DNA of 64,000 nt from Octopus vulgaris. Lineage: Eukaryota. The notes beneath the pieces are model-generated. The model searched no databases. It was given only the letters and a program-made list of their open reading frames with translations, and was not told the origin of the DNA. This document shows, one piece after another, positions 40,633 through 53,689 of this stretch (position 1 is its first letter; each line of letters begins with the position of its first letter). A program made the translations under genes and the position numbers. The stretch spans positions 24,118,001 to 24,182,000 of the forward strand of contig OX597836.1 of the NCBI GenBank assembly GCA_951406725.2, given 5' to 3'.

Positions 40633-40826
40633 TTCATTCAATCCAAGGAATGAATAATTTCCTTCAAAAGAATGGAAAACATTCAGTTGAATACCAAAAT
40701 CAGAACTTAAAATGGTATAATTCCAACATAAAAATATGTATATAAAAATATGCATAGCGATTATCGCTATGCGCTTCGTGAGAGCAGTCATCAAAAAGTT
40801 TTTGTGAATCTTGATGTTGACATAAA

Positions 40827-40925
40827 TTCCTTGTTTTTCCTGATGAGAAAGCGGCATAATGTACTCCTTATTCCTTCACAATTAGGAATATGCAGCCTTC
40901 GAAACATATGTCGAAAATAAAGGAA
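40827..40925 (+). ncRNA. Type I hammerhead ribozyme motif with canonical core
   Basis: Stem I TTCCTTGTTTTTC/GAAAATAAAGGAA; CTGATGA at 40840-40846; stem II GAAAGCGGCATA/TATGCAGCCTTC; GAAA at 40901-40904; palindrome ACATATGT; GTC triplet at 40910-40912. Confidence 0.85.
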
Positions 40926-41021
40926 ATTTGTTAATTTGTCGTTCAACTCCATTCTTTCATTTATTCATAAATTTTATAAAAATATATAAATTTTATAAAA
41001 ATATATAAATATTTTTATAAA

Positions 41022-41109
<88 letters not shown>

Positions 41110-41127
41110 ATATACACACATTTATAT

Positions 41128-41653
41128 ATGGTGGTTGTCTACTCCTTCTGCAGAGTTTGATCACCTCCTGTACCAACACCTTAGAAGCATCATGGTATCT
41201 GATGTGACCTTTTAAACCAGACAATGTTCTGAAAAGACACCCACATAGATTGTACATCCACAATTGTGGACCACAAAGAGCTGTCGATAAGTTCTGATCT
41301 TTGTGGATCTTAAAATGTCTTTTGAGGACTCCGTTAGATTTGCAAACCTTCTGGCACACATTGCATTCACAAGTGTGCACAGACATATAGGCAGAGTAGT
41401 TGGTGAATATTCGTTTTTCATGGGTTTGCAAATGAGATTTGAGCCCAACGAAAGAGAGGCATGGTCTGTCACACAAAAAAAACTGTGCACACAAAAAGGT
41501 CATTGTAATTCACCTTCTCAATCGTAGCATTTTTTCTTAGATCTCTTTTGAGTCTTGCATTATCCTGGCCTCTTCAAATGCTTTCACTCCACTCCACACT
41601 TTTGTTCGCCATCCAACTCGATCCGAAGCAAGGGTTTCTATGTCAAGGGTTTC
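41128..41653 (-). mobile_element. 3' end of an RTE-like LINE ORF with three C2H2 zinc fingers
   Basis: [26 protein letters not shown] (RTE C-terminal signature) is in the same frame, across two stops, as CDRPCLSFVGLKSHLQTH, CNVCQKVCKSNGVLKRHFKIH and LCGCLFRTLSGLKGHIRYH. Confidence 0.75.
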
Positions 41654-41681
41654 ACACACACATGCATACATATACACACGT

Positions 41682-41726
<45 letters not shown>

Positions 41727-42321
41727 CATATACATAGACATATATATATATATATACGTATATATACATATATATATATAAATATACACATATATACATA
41801 TACATATATATACACACATATATATGCATAAATATATATATAAATATACACATATATACATATATATACATATATATACACATATATATATATTTATACA
41901 TATATACACATATATATATAGATTCATATATGTACATATGAGAGAGGAGAGAGAGAGAGACGAGAAAAAGAAAGAGAGCGATGTGTCCATATTTTTCATC
42001 GTTGTCAAACTTTTCCCTATAAAAATTAATATGTACTCTGCTAAGAAGTAATGTGAATTCCTTCAGTATTATATTAATTCGTGTTTATAAATAACTTCAG
42101 TTACAAATCAGCATTAATATATGTACGATGAGAGAGAGAGAGGAAGAGGAGGAGAGAGGGGTCCGAAAAAATGAGGATATATATATATATAAATATACAC
42201 ATATATACATATACATATATATACACACATATATATGCATAAATATATATATAAATATACACATATATACATATATATACATATATATACACATATATAT
42301 ATATTTATACATATATACACA

Positions 42322-43066
42322 GCCTTTAAAAGTTAAATAGCTACAGCCTCTTGTAAATAGCAGTAATGTGATTAATGTGGCAAATACCTAATCATATAGC
42401 AAGAATTGATACCTACCTCATTGTGTTCAACCATTGATAAATTTATCGCCTGTGAATATGAAATTCCTTGAAATTTACACCTACACCATTGGAAATTGTG
42501 CATCTATACAAAGGATTAATTCACCCTCTCTGTATTGCTAATAAGCAGGAATTGAAACCCACCTCGTTGTAATTAACAATGGATAAATTTGTCTTCTGTG
42601 AGTATGTAATCCCTCATCATATCTCTGGAAATTCATACGTGGACTATGGATTAGGTCACCTTCTCTGTGATGCTATTAAGACTTTTTTAAAATTCTGTGA
42701 TAAGACTGTACATCATCTTTAAAGAACTTTAATGAACTTTTGAAATCTGTTTATGTTACTTAATTATCTACATTACTTCATGAGTATAGCCTCAACCACT
42801 AGGATGTCTAGAGAACTCACATGTATTTTAGCTGATGAGTACGGGACACGTTTATATGCTGTAATTTTTGCAACTTTTAATAAAACCTGTCCTTGTATGA
42901 AACGATTGTACTAAAAACCTATCCATTCTTGTTGCTTCATTCTCGCTTATAATCACCCCACATTACTGTATTGTTAAATCAGTATAGTTTTTTTTGGTGC
43001 ATCTAAGTTAGGTACCATATTCAAGTAAATTTATTTAAATTAACTTGAATCTTTATTGCTTTTTGT
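42322..43066 (+). mobile_element. Penelope-like 3' relic with hammerhead motif
   Basis: Hammerhead at 42826-42916, then a tail (CATTCTTGTTGCTT...TAATCACCCCAC...TGGTGCATCTAA...TACCATATTCA) shared with the minus strand of 2499-2673, ending at (AT)n. The 5' boundary is uncertain. Confidence 0.5.
42826..42916 (+). ncRNA. Type I hammerhead ribozyme motif
   Basis: Stem I TTTTAG/CTAAAA; CTGATGA at 42832-42838; long stem II GTACGGGACA/TGTCCTTGTAT; GAAA at 42899-42902; ACGATTGT; GTA triplet at 42908-42910. Confidence 0.8.
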
Positions 43067-43646
43067 ATATATATATATATATATATGCGCATGAATGCGT
43101 GGGCGCGCGTGCTTCTGATTTGGAATTAAAAGTATATTAGATGAAAATTGAGCAGATTAATGTGTCAGTTTGTGGTGTAGGAATTATGTTTGTGCAAATG
43201 GTATTGCGGAGTCTTTTAAAACCCCTGAATGTTGTTGAATTTGTAGTTATGTTTGAAGTTGCTGAAGTACGTTTCGTTTTGCGATGATATGGACATCCTA
43301 AGCAATGTATTTCTGGTGTGGTTTCTAATTATTAAGCGTGGGTCACTGGGTAAGGTATGTATATATGTATCGTATATACTTATTGTTCTTTTTGTATCGG
43401 AATTGTCGTAAGTGGTTTGGGGTGATACGTTGAGCGAGCCAACTTTTAATATTGTTCTTTTACTATGATATTGAAATACGCTTTAGCAGAGTACATATTC
43501 ATTAATTTTTACAAGGAAAAGTTTGACAATAATTTCGAAACAGAAAAATTAATACATCTCTCCTTATACATACATACATGCATGCATGCATATATACATA
43601 CATACATACATACATACATACATACATACATACATACATACATACA

Positions 43647-43680
<34 letters not shown>

Positions 43681-46600
43681 CATTAAAGTGATTAGCAATT
43701 TCAGCTGCGATGACCTTCGTTTGCAGAAGCAGTACTTAGCCCGTCTCTAAACCTGTATTTATACTTTCGTATTTGTTGGATATGATTGATGCGTGTGAAT
43801 TGTTTAACTGTGTCCCATATTTACCATGTTCGCTAATGCTTCAGCAGTAATTATGCTAACTTATTTTTAATTATTTATTGAGGGTTTTGCGGTATTATTT
43901 GTGACAAAATATTTGTCAGTTAGATTTACAGAGTTATTTCAAGACTCGTAAGTGAAGCGATGCTTTATTTGCAAATAAACTCGTCCGAATTTATTCTTTC
44001 AGATTTTTATTTACTGATACTTAAGGACAGAATTGCAGCAAATAGGCAAATCGTTAGAACAGCCTTATGATATTCATTTCGTTACACTTATGCTTCTTAT
44101 TCAAATCCCGCCGAAGTCTGCTTTTCCTTTTATGCTTTGGTAAATAGGGTTCCGGTGTAGGGCAATGGATTGGTGTAATCAAAGCGCTGGACAAATCCCT
44201 TCTACTGTTTGTTCTGACTCATTGCGTTCTGAGCTCAAATTCTGCCACTTATCTCTTCGTTGTGGTAAAAGTGTACTTCAGGATCCTTTTAATGGCAAGC
44301 GACAGCATCTCACTTCCTGCACAAAGGTGGATACATGCTAGGACGGAAAAATATTTTGGAAAAAATTTTAATATGCTAAGCCCGAATGAATAAAATTTTT
44401 CTACTTAGAATAACGAGGCTCTTTTTTTATTTGGAGGGGTACTTTGTAACATAGCAACCAGGTCCAAGTGAGTAAACATAACCGAATACGACACATATTT
44501 TAAAGTACTTTTGTAGATGACCGGAAAATTTTGTATTGAAAAACTGCCCATATACAGCAACTGCTTATAATTTACATAGACAAATGATATATACATTTAA
44601 GTTTTTTTTAAATATAAATTAGTAAAGGAAATACGAATAGATAATTTTGATCAAGTAAAAATACAAAACTGCTGTTATTTAAAATGTGTACTATTTCCAT
44701 GAAGAATATTGTTTAAAAAATCAATATTAGAAAATCAGTATTAGAAATCAGTATATTAGTTATAATGTAACAAACGTTGGAATCTCTGGTGTATTACTAA
44801 GTTAGAAATCAAATAAATAGTTTTAATATATTGAAATTAAATAGAATAAAAACATTTTTTATACAACTTCATTTATTTTATGGCAATTCTTTATAAAAAT
44901 AGAATTACGTATGCACACTATATTAGCATTTTTATGTTATATTGAAACCATTTTGAAAGTCATTCGTATTTAGATTGACAAATCTACAATTTAATAAGGA
45001 CAAATATATCTGAGAGTAAAGGACACAAGCTTCAAATTTGTATAGGTATAGCATGCTGACACGGACAACACCAATTACATTTTAGCCTATTCAAAGGCAA
45101 AAGTAAAATTAGATTTCAATCACTCTCAAGTCAAAAGCCACAACAAAACAAAGAAAAAATCATCAGAGCTACAACCATTTTTAGAATGTTCTCTTCTATT
45201 AAAGGACACTGTCACTGATAAAGTTTGTTGTGACAACCCCTAAAGAGGGTGAGGAAATTAAGTAGTAGTTCAGAATGTTCGACTTAGCTTTCAACTCATC
45301 ATTAATAATAAGTACGAGAAATACACTGAATATTTAATCCAATCGAAGCAATTACCCAATATCGCCGGTTGTTAACTGATTTTTATGATTGTTGTTATTC
45401 TGTATCAAATCTATTAGTCATCACTAAAATTAAGTCTTGAAGGAAATTTGCACTTAAGCAGGAAATGAACGTTGATATAAAGTCTTATATCATAAAATCA
45501 AAGTAAATTATTGTGAAGCATTATTTTTAGCTATACCAAAATATGTATGCAGGCTCAAATACGTGATATTTTTTTCTGGCAAACAAATTATGTTATATAA
45601 ACCTAAGTACTTAACTATTATTTTATTTATGACCTCATTGAACACACTTGGTGAGATTCCTTTGAACGTAAAACATAAAGGGATGTCACCAAACACCATG
45701 AGCTTTTAATCAGCTGATTTACGAAAATCTGTCATCAATCATTCTGCGTATGATATTAATATGAATACGATTGCACAATGTTTGTAAATTATTATATCTT
45801 TTTTTCTTTGAACGTATATATATATATTTTTATAAAGGAGTGAAGTGGTTTAATTTTTAGGTATCAAAATGTTTTAGAAAGCTTAAGCATCGCTGTCTCT
45901 GAGGAAACATCCTAAACTGTCTTCTTCGTTTGTTTGAAATGCCGAGCATGGATTCACATAGTTTATGAGTAAAGTGGGCGCTAGCATACTTGATGTATTA
46001 ATCAATGAAAAGTGAAAAACCATTATTTAAATAACTAATTTTGGTGAACATAGAATTCAGTAGGAAGGAAGTCTGATCTTTAGCTGCGTTATGATAACGC
46101 CGGACATGTATCTTCATTATTAGACCTCTTCAACAATGCAGTCTGATTGCGAGCGACTGTTAGGTCTTAGAAGTTAGAGATAAAGAGATTTCTTTTCCAA
46201 AATAACGTCCGAAAAAGTTACCCAGGGACGTCTAATATATGGAAACTAGATAATAAAGTAAGTATTAAAATACTCGTAAGCCAAGTAACTTTAATTGAAA
46301 TTATACATTTATTGACGAGAAGAGTCATTATCTAAATGGATAATTCCTATCAATAAAGGTAAGGGAAATAACTCCGAAGTTTTAATTATAATTAATTCAG
46401 TATGAAATGCAGTGGTGAGTGAATATGATCTTTAGTAGAATGGAGACAACTCTGAACAAATTTAACTTTGATAGCCAACATATAAATCTTAGAAAATAAA
46501 TAGAACAGATATATACTTACATGGAGTCTGCGACATGCAGGAGCAGTGCCGTACTTATTTCGCTTAAGGTACTATGGAAAGAGATAGAAACGAAAGTGGA

Positions 46601-46867
46601 AAGCCGAAGAATAATAAAAGTAACAGAAACACGCACGCACACACACGCGCACACACACACACAGTGTTCCACATACATACAGAATCATTCCAACTCACGT
46701 AAAGTATACTACTATATATACACCCATGAATAAGCATACATACGAACATGTGTATGTTTGTCTGTGAGTTGTTTACAAATGATTGTTAAACTGGATTATT
46801 TCCTGCGTAATGATTTCGTGCTGTTTTGTGCTAGTCTAGTGTACCCGTCGGTGAGACTGTAATATTC

Positions 46868-47087
46868 CTTTCTCTTACTTGTTTCAGTCATTTAACTGCG
46901 GCCAGGCTGAGGCACCTCCTTTAAGAGTTTTAGTCGGAAAAATCGATCACAGGACTTATTTTTGAAGCCTACTACTTAATCAATCGGTCTTTTTGCCGAA
47001 CCGCTAAGTTATGGGGACGTAAACGCACCAACATTGGTTGTCAACAGATGGGGCGGGGGGACAAACGTAGACAGGAAAACACACACA

Positions 47088-47156
<69 letters not shown>

Positions 47157-47179
47157 ATATATATATATATATATATATG

Positions 47180-47259
<80 letters not shown>

Positions 47260-47333
47260 TAAATTAGAGATAAAACCACTATTAGGCAAATCAAACAATG
47301 AAAAACCCTGTAAGCTTGGATTTACTCCCTAAT

Positions 47334-47380
<47 letters not shown>

Positions 47381-47506
47381 GACGGGCTACTTTCAGTTTC
47401 CGTCTACCACATACAACCACAAGACTATGGTCGGCCCGAGGCTATAATAGAAGACCCTTGCCAAAGTGCCTAACAGTGGGATTTAACCCGGAACCATGTG
47501 TTTAGA
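46868..47506 (-). mobile_element. SINE family B (head, internal microsatellite, tail)
   Basis: Head at 47379-47506 (CACATGGTTCCGGGTT...GGTAGACGGAAACTGAAAG), then (TA)n containing an 85-bp insert, then tail at 46868-47085 (TTTACGTCCCC...ACTGAAACAAGTAA). Confidence 0.8.
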
Positions 47507-47644
47507 AAGACTCACTGGTGGTTCATCTGACTAACGCCAAACACATGAAACCTTTAGGTGTGAGGACATAATCCAGTTTACCGACAGAAACACTAAGTTT
47601 TAACAACGGTGCGTATCAAACACTTTGCTTTTGGTATGAACACT

Positions 47645-47844
<200 letters not shown>

Positions 47845-48067
47845 ATTTCTTTACTAACCACAAGGGGCTAAACATAGAGGGGACAAACAAGGACAAACAA
47901 AGGGATTAAATCGATTACATCGACCCCAGTGCGAAACTGGTACTTAATTTATCGACCCCGAAGGGATGAAAGGCAAAGTCGACCTCGGCGGAATTTGAAC
48001 TCAGACCGTAACGACAGACGAAATACTGCTGAGCATTTCGCCCGGCGCGCTAACGTTTCTGCCAGCT
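47845..48067 (-). mobile_element. SINE family A copy within (TA)n
   Basis: Same head, central domain and TTTAGCCCCTTGTGG tail as 3367-3602. Confidence 0.9.
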
Positions 48068-48100
48068 ATATATATATATATACCCACACATAGACACATA

Positions 48101-48160
<60 letters not shown>

Positions 48161-48728
48161 ATAAAGACATATATATGTGTATATGTATGTACACGCGGAC
48201 ATACATATAGAGTTTTTTTTTAAATGCGCACAAGACATCTTCGTTTGACGCTTGAACTAAGAAGTAAAATTAATTATATTCAATTTTCTATTAAATGTAA
48301 ACTACGCTGAAAAGAAAACTGATTAACTGTTTGTTTAGTGGATATAGCAAATGAACGACTAACTGTAATAATGTGAAACATGAAAGAAATAAACTTTTAA
48401 GAAGGCCTATTGTGGGGAAATATGAGACTCGTTTCTCCAAAGCAGTGCTTCTAATAAAAACGGGAGCCATATTTTCAGCTCAAATCACGTTTCATAACAA
48501 AGCATTGCGCCTGGTTATAATATAAAAATCATTGCTGTTTTCCATTTTTCTTTATTTTTAAAAATATATTTTTACAATTAGAACCATTATGGAAATGTGT
48601 ATAGCAATAGAAATGCTTCTTTAAAGAAATCAGAAGTGTAGGTAAAATGAGGCGGATTCAAGTAGAATTGAAAGCAACTTAGTCGACTCTTAATATAATA
48701 GATTTTTCTACTAAATAACACAATTATC

Positions 48729-48730
<2 letters not shown>

Positions 48731-48781
<51 letters not shown>

Positions 48782-48791
48782 TATGATGATG

Positions 48792-48886
<95 letters not shown>
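48731..48886. repeat. (TAA)n microsatellite with a (GAT)n interruption
   Basis: Direct reading. Confidence 0.95.
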
Positions 48887-48887
<1 letters not shown>

Positions 48888-49262
48888 TTTTTATGATTTT
48901 AAAATATTCAATTGTTAACTATTTAATGGAAAGCAAAATATACTAATGTTGCATTATCATTTCACTTAATGATATTAGTAATTGCTGATCCATTAACAAT
49001 ATTATAATAGAGTTCTTTTTAAAATGCTCCTTTCACTGACTTTTAAACTTTACTTCAGTTTTTAGAACCACTCTCGCTACATGAACGTGTGTGTATGCGT
49101 ATAGTTAGATGTGCGGACTACTACTGCATGAATTACAAACTCTTCATAAATTATCATTACTCAATCGACTTCAAGTAGAGTGGTTAGTTGACAACTGTAC
49201 TTAGCAGTAGTTATGGTATACATAGCAAACGAAGTGGTAATTAAGAGAACACCAGCATGAAT

Positions 49263-49366
49263 ATTAGTTCCTACGTACGTTTCACCATTGCACTTATTTG
49301 TAACTCGGCATTGGATGTGGGAATTGCATTTGGATGCCTAACCGCAATGGATCATCAGGGAATAAT
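49263..49366 (-). ncRNA. Type I hammerhead ribozyme motif
   Basis: Minus strand reads ATTATTCC-CTGATGA-T-CCATTGC...GCAATGG-T-GAAAC-GTAC-GTA-GGAACTAAT. Palindrome ACGTACGT; T/T mismatch at the base of stem II. Confidence 0.75.
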
Positions 49367-49565
49367 TTATTTGAATATTTATACTATTAGCGCGCGCGTG
49401 TGTGTGAGTATAGTACACTTTACCATTAAGAACGACAGCAATTTTGAAGTTTCGTCAGCATCTTTGATGAAGGTTAGCAGTTCAAAACTTCGAAATCACT
49501 GTCACCAGAAAGTACTGAGTAATTCTTCATTCGAATGTTAATTCTATTATAACACGACATAAATG

Positions 49566-50395
49566 CAAGAGGCGGCATCAAAACATTCCCGAACCAGTTC
49601 TGTAGCGCGCCAGAGAATGGCAGTATATGGTTGCGAGCGCGGTGAAAGCAAGTGGTGACTTTCATGAGGCAGTATGCCGAGTGACATTGCTGTGTTTACT
49701 TCGCAAGTTGTGAAGTTTGTGTTTTTGTCATCATGTGTATACTGTAGACTGCGATTTTGTGATTGGCAGTAGGGAAATCAGCTACAGAGACATTGGGCAT
49801 GTTTCGACTAGCTTATGGCGACGAAGCATTGGGCCGTATGCAATGTTCTGAGTGGCATGGGCGCTTTAAAATCGGAAGAATGTCCCTGAAAGACAATGAG
49901 CGATCTGGAAGGCCTGCTACAAGCGTCACCCTCGGAAATGTGGTATTATGCATCGAGAATTTATTTCCCGGGATCAGACCCTCAAACGAGAGTTCAACTG
50001 CGACGTTTTGAAATGTCTGAAAAAAGACATTCAGTGAAGGCGACCGGATCTGTGGTGTGTGAAGAACTGGGTTCTTCACTGAGCTCTCCTCATTCATGAG
50101 TTTCTTGCCAAAACAACGCGGTATCGCTTCCGCCCTCACCCTATTCGCCAGATTTAACACCTGCAGGCTTCCATCTTTTAACACTGTTGTCGGGATTGAG
50201 AGCGAATCGCAGAAGGTCCTGGACCTTCTTACAGAAAACGACTTCCAGACCGGATTCCAAAAGTGGCAGGGACACCGGGAATGGTGTATTGCTGTGCAAG
50301 GTGATAATTTCGAAGGAGAGGATGTTTAAACTTGGGTAAATAAGTCATTTCTCTATTAAACATAATTACTCCTGGAATTTTTTGATACCACCTCG
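49566..50395 (+). mobile_element. Internally deleted mariner element
   Basis: TIRs CAAGAGGCGGCATCAAAACATTCC / GGAATTTTTTGATACCACCTCG. N-terminus GKSATETLGMFRLAYGDEAL...ERSGRP; C-terminus FQKWQGHREWCIAVQGDNFE. Confidence 0.8.
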
Positions 50396-50403
50396 TGTGT
50401 GTG

Positions 50404-50447
<44 letters not shown>

Positions 50448-51780
50448 GCGGTTTAGCAATGTATTACTAAAAAAAATACCATGATTGTCATTAAATTTGA
50501 CTTAGATTGTTAGAATACCTACAATGCTTGAAATAAAAAAGCTAAAGCGCTCTCATGCTGACAATGACCGTAAACGGCCGAAAGCGGTAGTCGAGATATC
50601 CCTATACTGTCGGATAGTTTCGGTCTTAACACCAGAGCCTCTTGAATAGAGTCGGTACTATCCGCCAGATTCCGGACAAGATTGCCACCGCTATATCTGT
50701 CTACACCATAGAAATCTATAGATGATTTGGCGAATCGCTACTGTGTATACAAATAATCAAAGCAGGCAGCAATTTAGCAATGTATCACAAAAAAGGAAAA
50801 CTATAGTTGTCATTAAATATGACTGACACTGTTGGAACACCTACAATGCTAGAAATAAGAGCAACGACTGTATGACTGTTTCAGGGAGAATTGAAAAGGC
50901 CACAAACATAGAATTAGTGGTTTTACTATTTTCCATTTTCTAACGAAACTTCATTTCCACTAGTCCCGGTAATCCGAAGTTTCAATGCAAATCCTGTACA
51001 TCAAATATTTCCTAATCACTCCAAATCTGTCTCCAGAAAAGAAAATTGCTTACATAGTGTCCAGATTAAATATTTACGATAAATTATAAAAATCTTTTAA
51101 AATCTAAAATTTATAAAATGCAAATCACCAAATGAAAACACAATTAAATAATTATCTTAACAGAAGGACTAGAATTTCAATAATGCACAAAACAAAAATA
51201 AGCAGAACCTTATTTTTTTTCTGTTTTCAATACAGAAATTTATAGCAATCTAACTTTTCACATAAATTAATTTTCAATACACTGTGGATGTCAAAGCATT
51301 GCAACAGCTCCATGTAAGCTAAATAATATAAAACATGTGTGTATACCATTCAGAAGGGCTATATAATAAATCTTCATAAATCTACTTGACGAAATGTTTT
51401 CAGGGCAAAAGACATCTTATTTCTGACAGCGCCCCATCGCTACTGCAAATAACACCTCCTCCTCATAGGAAATGACACTTAATAGTTCATCTATCAATAG
51501 CTGCTTCTACTAAAGATTCTTGTCTTAGACACTGGTTAAGTATATTGAAATTATTTTCATTTTATTAGAAAACAAGTGTCGGAACATCAAGTCATGTTGT
51601 AAGTGTAACAAGACAATAAGCACAAAGTTTGGCTACTACTTTGTTGGAGTGAGTTTTGGTTTTTCTTTCTGCGGATTAAAGCCTCGTGGAAATACATTGA
51701 ATATATTTACGAGCATGTATCTAGTAAAATAGATATTTCAGTCGATGGAATGCGTTATAAAGACCAACACACACACACGC

Positions 51781-51818
<38 letters not shown>

Positions 51819-52424
51819 GCACAAGCACACACACATACATAAACACAAACACGCAAACATATATACATATGTACACATGAGTTCTATCCACATGGCTACC
51901 CATGGTTTCATCTAGGTATCTCTCAACAATTATCATGCCTGCCATATAGGAACGTTGCTTCTCCTCTCCATCCATGATGTTAAAGTGATTGTGCCTCACA
52001 ATTGCCTTAAAAATACGCGTGTATTTAGAATGCTCAGATGTTTATACATTTATTAATTATTACTTATTTTTCAAAATTATTATCTATTTATCGAATTATA
52101 TAAGGAAAAATTATATAAAGAGAAATCTCGCAAAAACATCCAAATTAATACATTCACAAAAATGCATACGTGTACGTTTCATTAGTTGAGTATGTCGTAT
52201 AATTAATCGAACAACTGAATCTTTACCATCGAACCTGTTGGGGATTTATCGATATTTACGAGTGTGAGGATGCACATGTATGCGTGAATATGGTTACTCT
52301 ATCTGTTAAAAAATTGCAATCACATATCAGTCTAAAACACGCTAAATAATTTGGTTACAATTGCATAAAACTTGGCACTGGTTACAGCTGCATCATTTTG
52401 TAAACACACACACACACACACACA

Positions 52425-52490
<66 letters not shown>

Positions 52491-53689
52491 TTATATATAC
52501 ACACACACACAAACAAATACATTCAGTGATAGCAGGTCGAGCACCTATATAGAGGAACTCCGTTTGTCGGCTTGTCTTTACTAGAAATAGCAATTGTGAA
52601 GCGACAGTAGGTATATCATACTCACTATGTCCACATACCCACGACTAAACTGTTTCATTGATTTTCTATCTATGATACTCGCTTTGCTCGTTTTGTGTTT
52701 GTAGCTTAAAACTTCGTCGACTTTTTCTGTGTAATTTTTGCAAGGCGGTATGAAACGAAGGTATGAAGTTAGTTATGTTGGCACAAGCTTGTCTGGTTTG
52801 AACGCGTCATTTTCCCTTCGCCAAAGCTCATCAAAGCTACTCACCTGTTAAAGACAATGGCTCTCAGCAATATCTGTGCTAAAATTTAAAGCCAATAACC
52901 GCTTGCACAACACCCTAGGACTCTCGTCTATAAAGTCAAGAAGTTCACAAACAGGCAAGAGTAAAAACCTCTGACTTCGCAATGAAACGCGTGCTATTTC
53001 AGGATTTCCTTCTAGATATTCGGTGCAACGGAAATTTGGGAAATGGCACTCCCACTGTCTTATTGAACGCCAAGGCGTTACATTTGATATCTCTGTGTCT
53101 TCGTGTAGAATTGGACACAGAGATGTATACATACATATATAGAAGATAAAACAAAGATAAATGGGTTAGTGATCAGTATATACATCTATATAGGATGAAA
53201 ATAATTCATCGATAAAAATCATTTCCTGTTAAACTGTTTGCAAAATATGAGTATAAAAAATATAAACATTTTAGAAAATATATTAATAATTATCATCTTC
53301 CTGAGGATAAACAGTTACTAGAGATTAGTGGTAGATAGACGTCTTTCAGAGAGATAATAGAGAAACGGGTTTGGATTTTGCGATCCGCACAAACTTAGTT
53401 CACAGGTTAAAAGAACTTCCCCGTGTTATTAGTGAACGCTTGATGATACTGCAACTGCTCTTATCTCGAACTACAATGATGCAACTACAAAACTAATATT
53501 CATGGCTTCTGACGTAAGGTATTGCTAGCTATTCTTGACAGTGATAGAATTATTTTCCTTGGAGACTTTAATACATAAGTCGGAAAAGACTAGGAGGCCT
53601 GAAACTGCATAGAAAGGTCAACAAGTTTTGAATGAGTTACTAAATAGAGAATCCCAAGTAGGTCCTATCTATATTGAAAATACTCAACT

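Noticed and set aside
52840-53132. 94-aa ORF next to a strong CAG|GTGAGT donor, as Wnt6 exon 1
   Set aside because: The frame required by exon 2 has a stop 14 codons upstream and no ATG or hydrophobic leader. A non-coding exon is not excluded.
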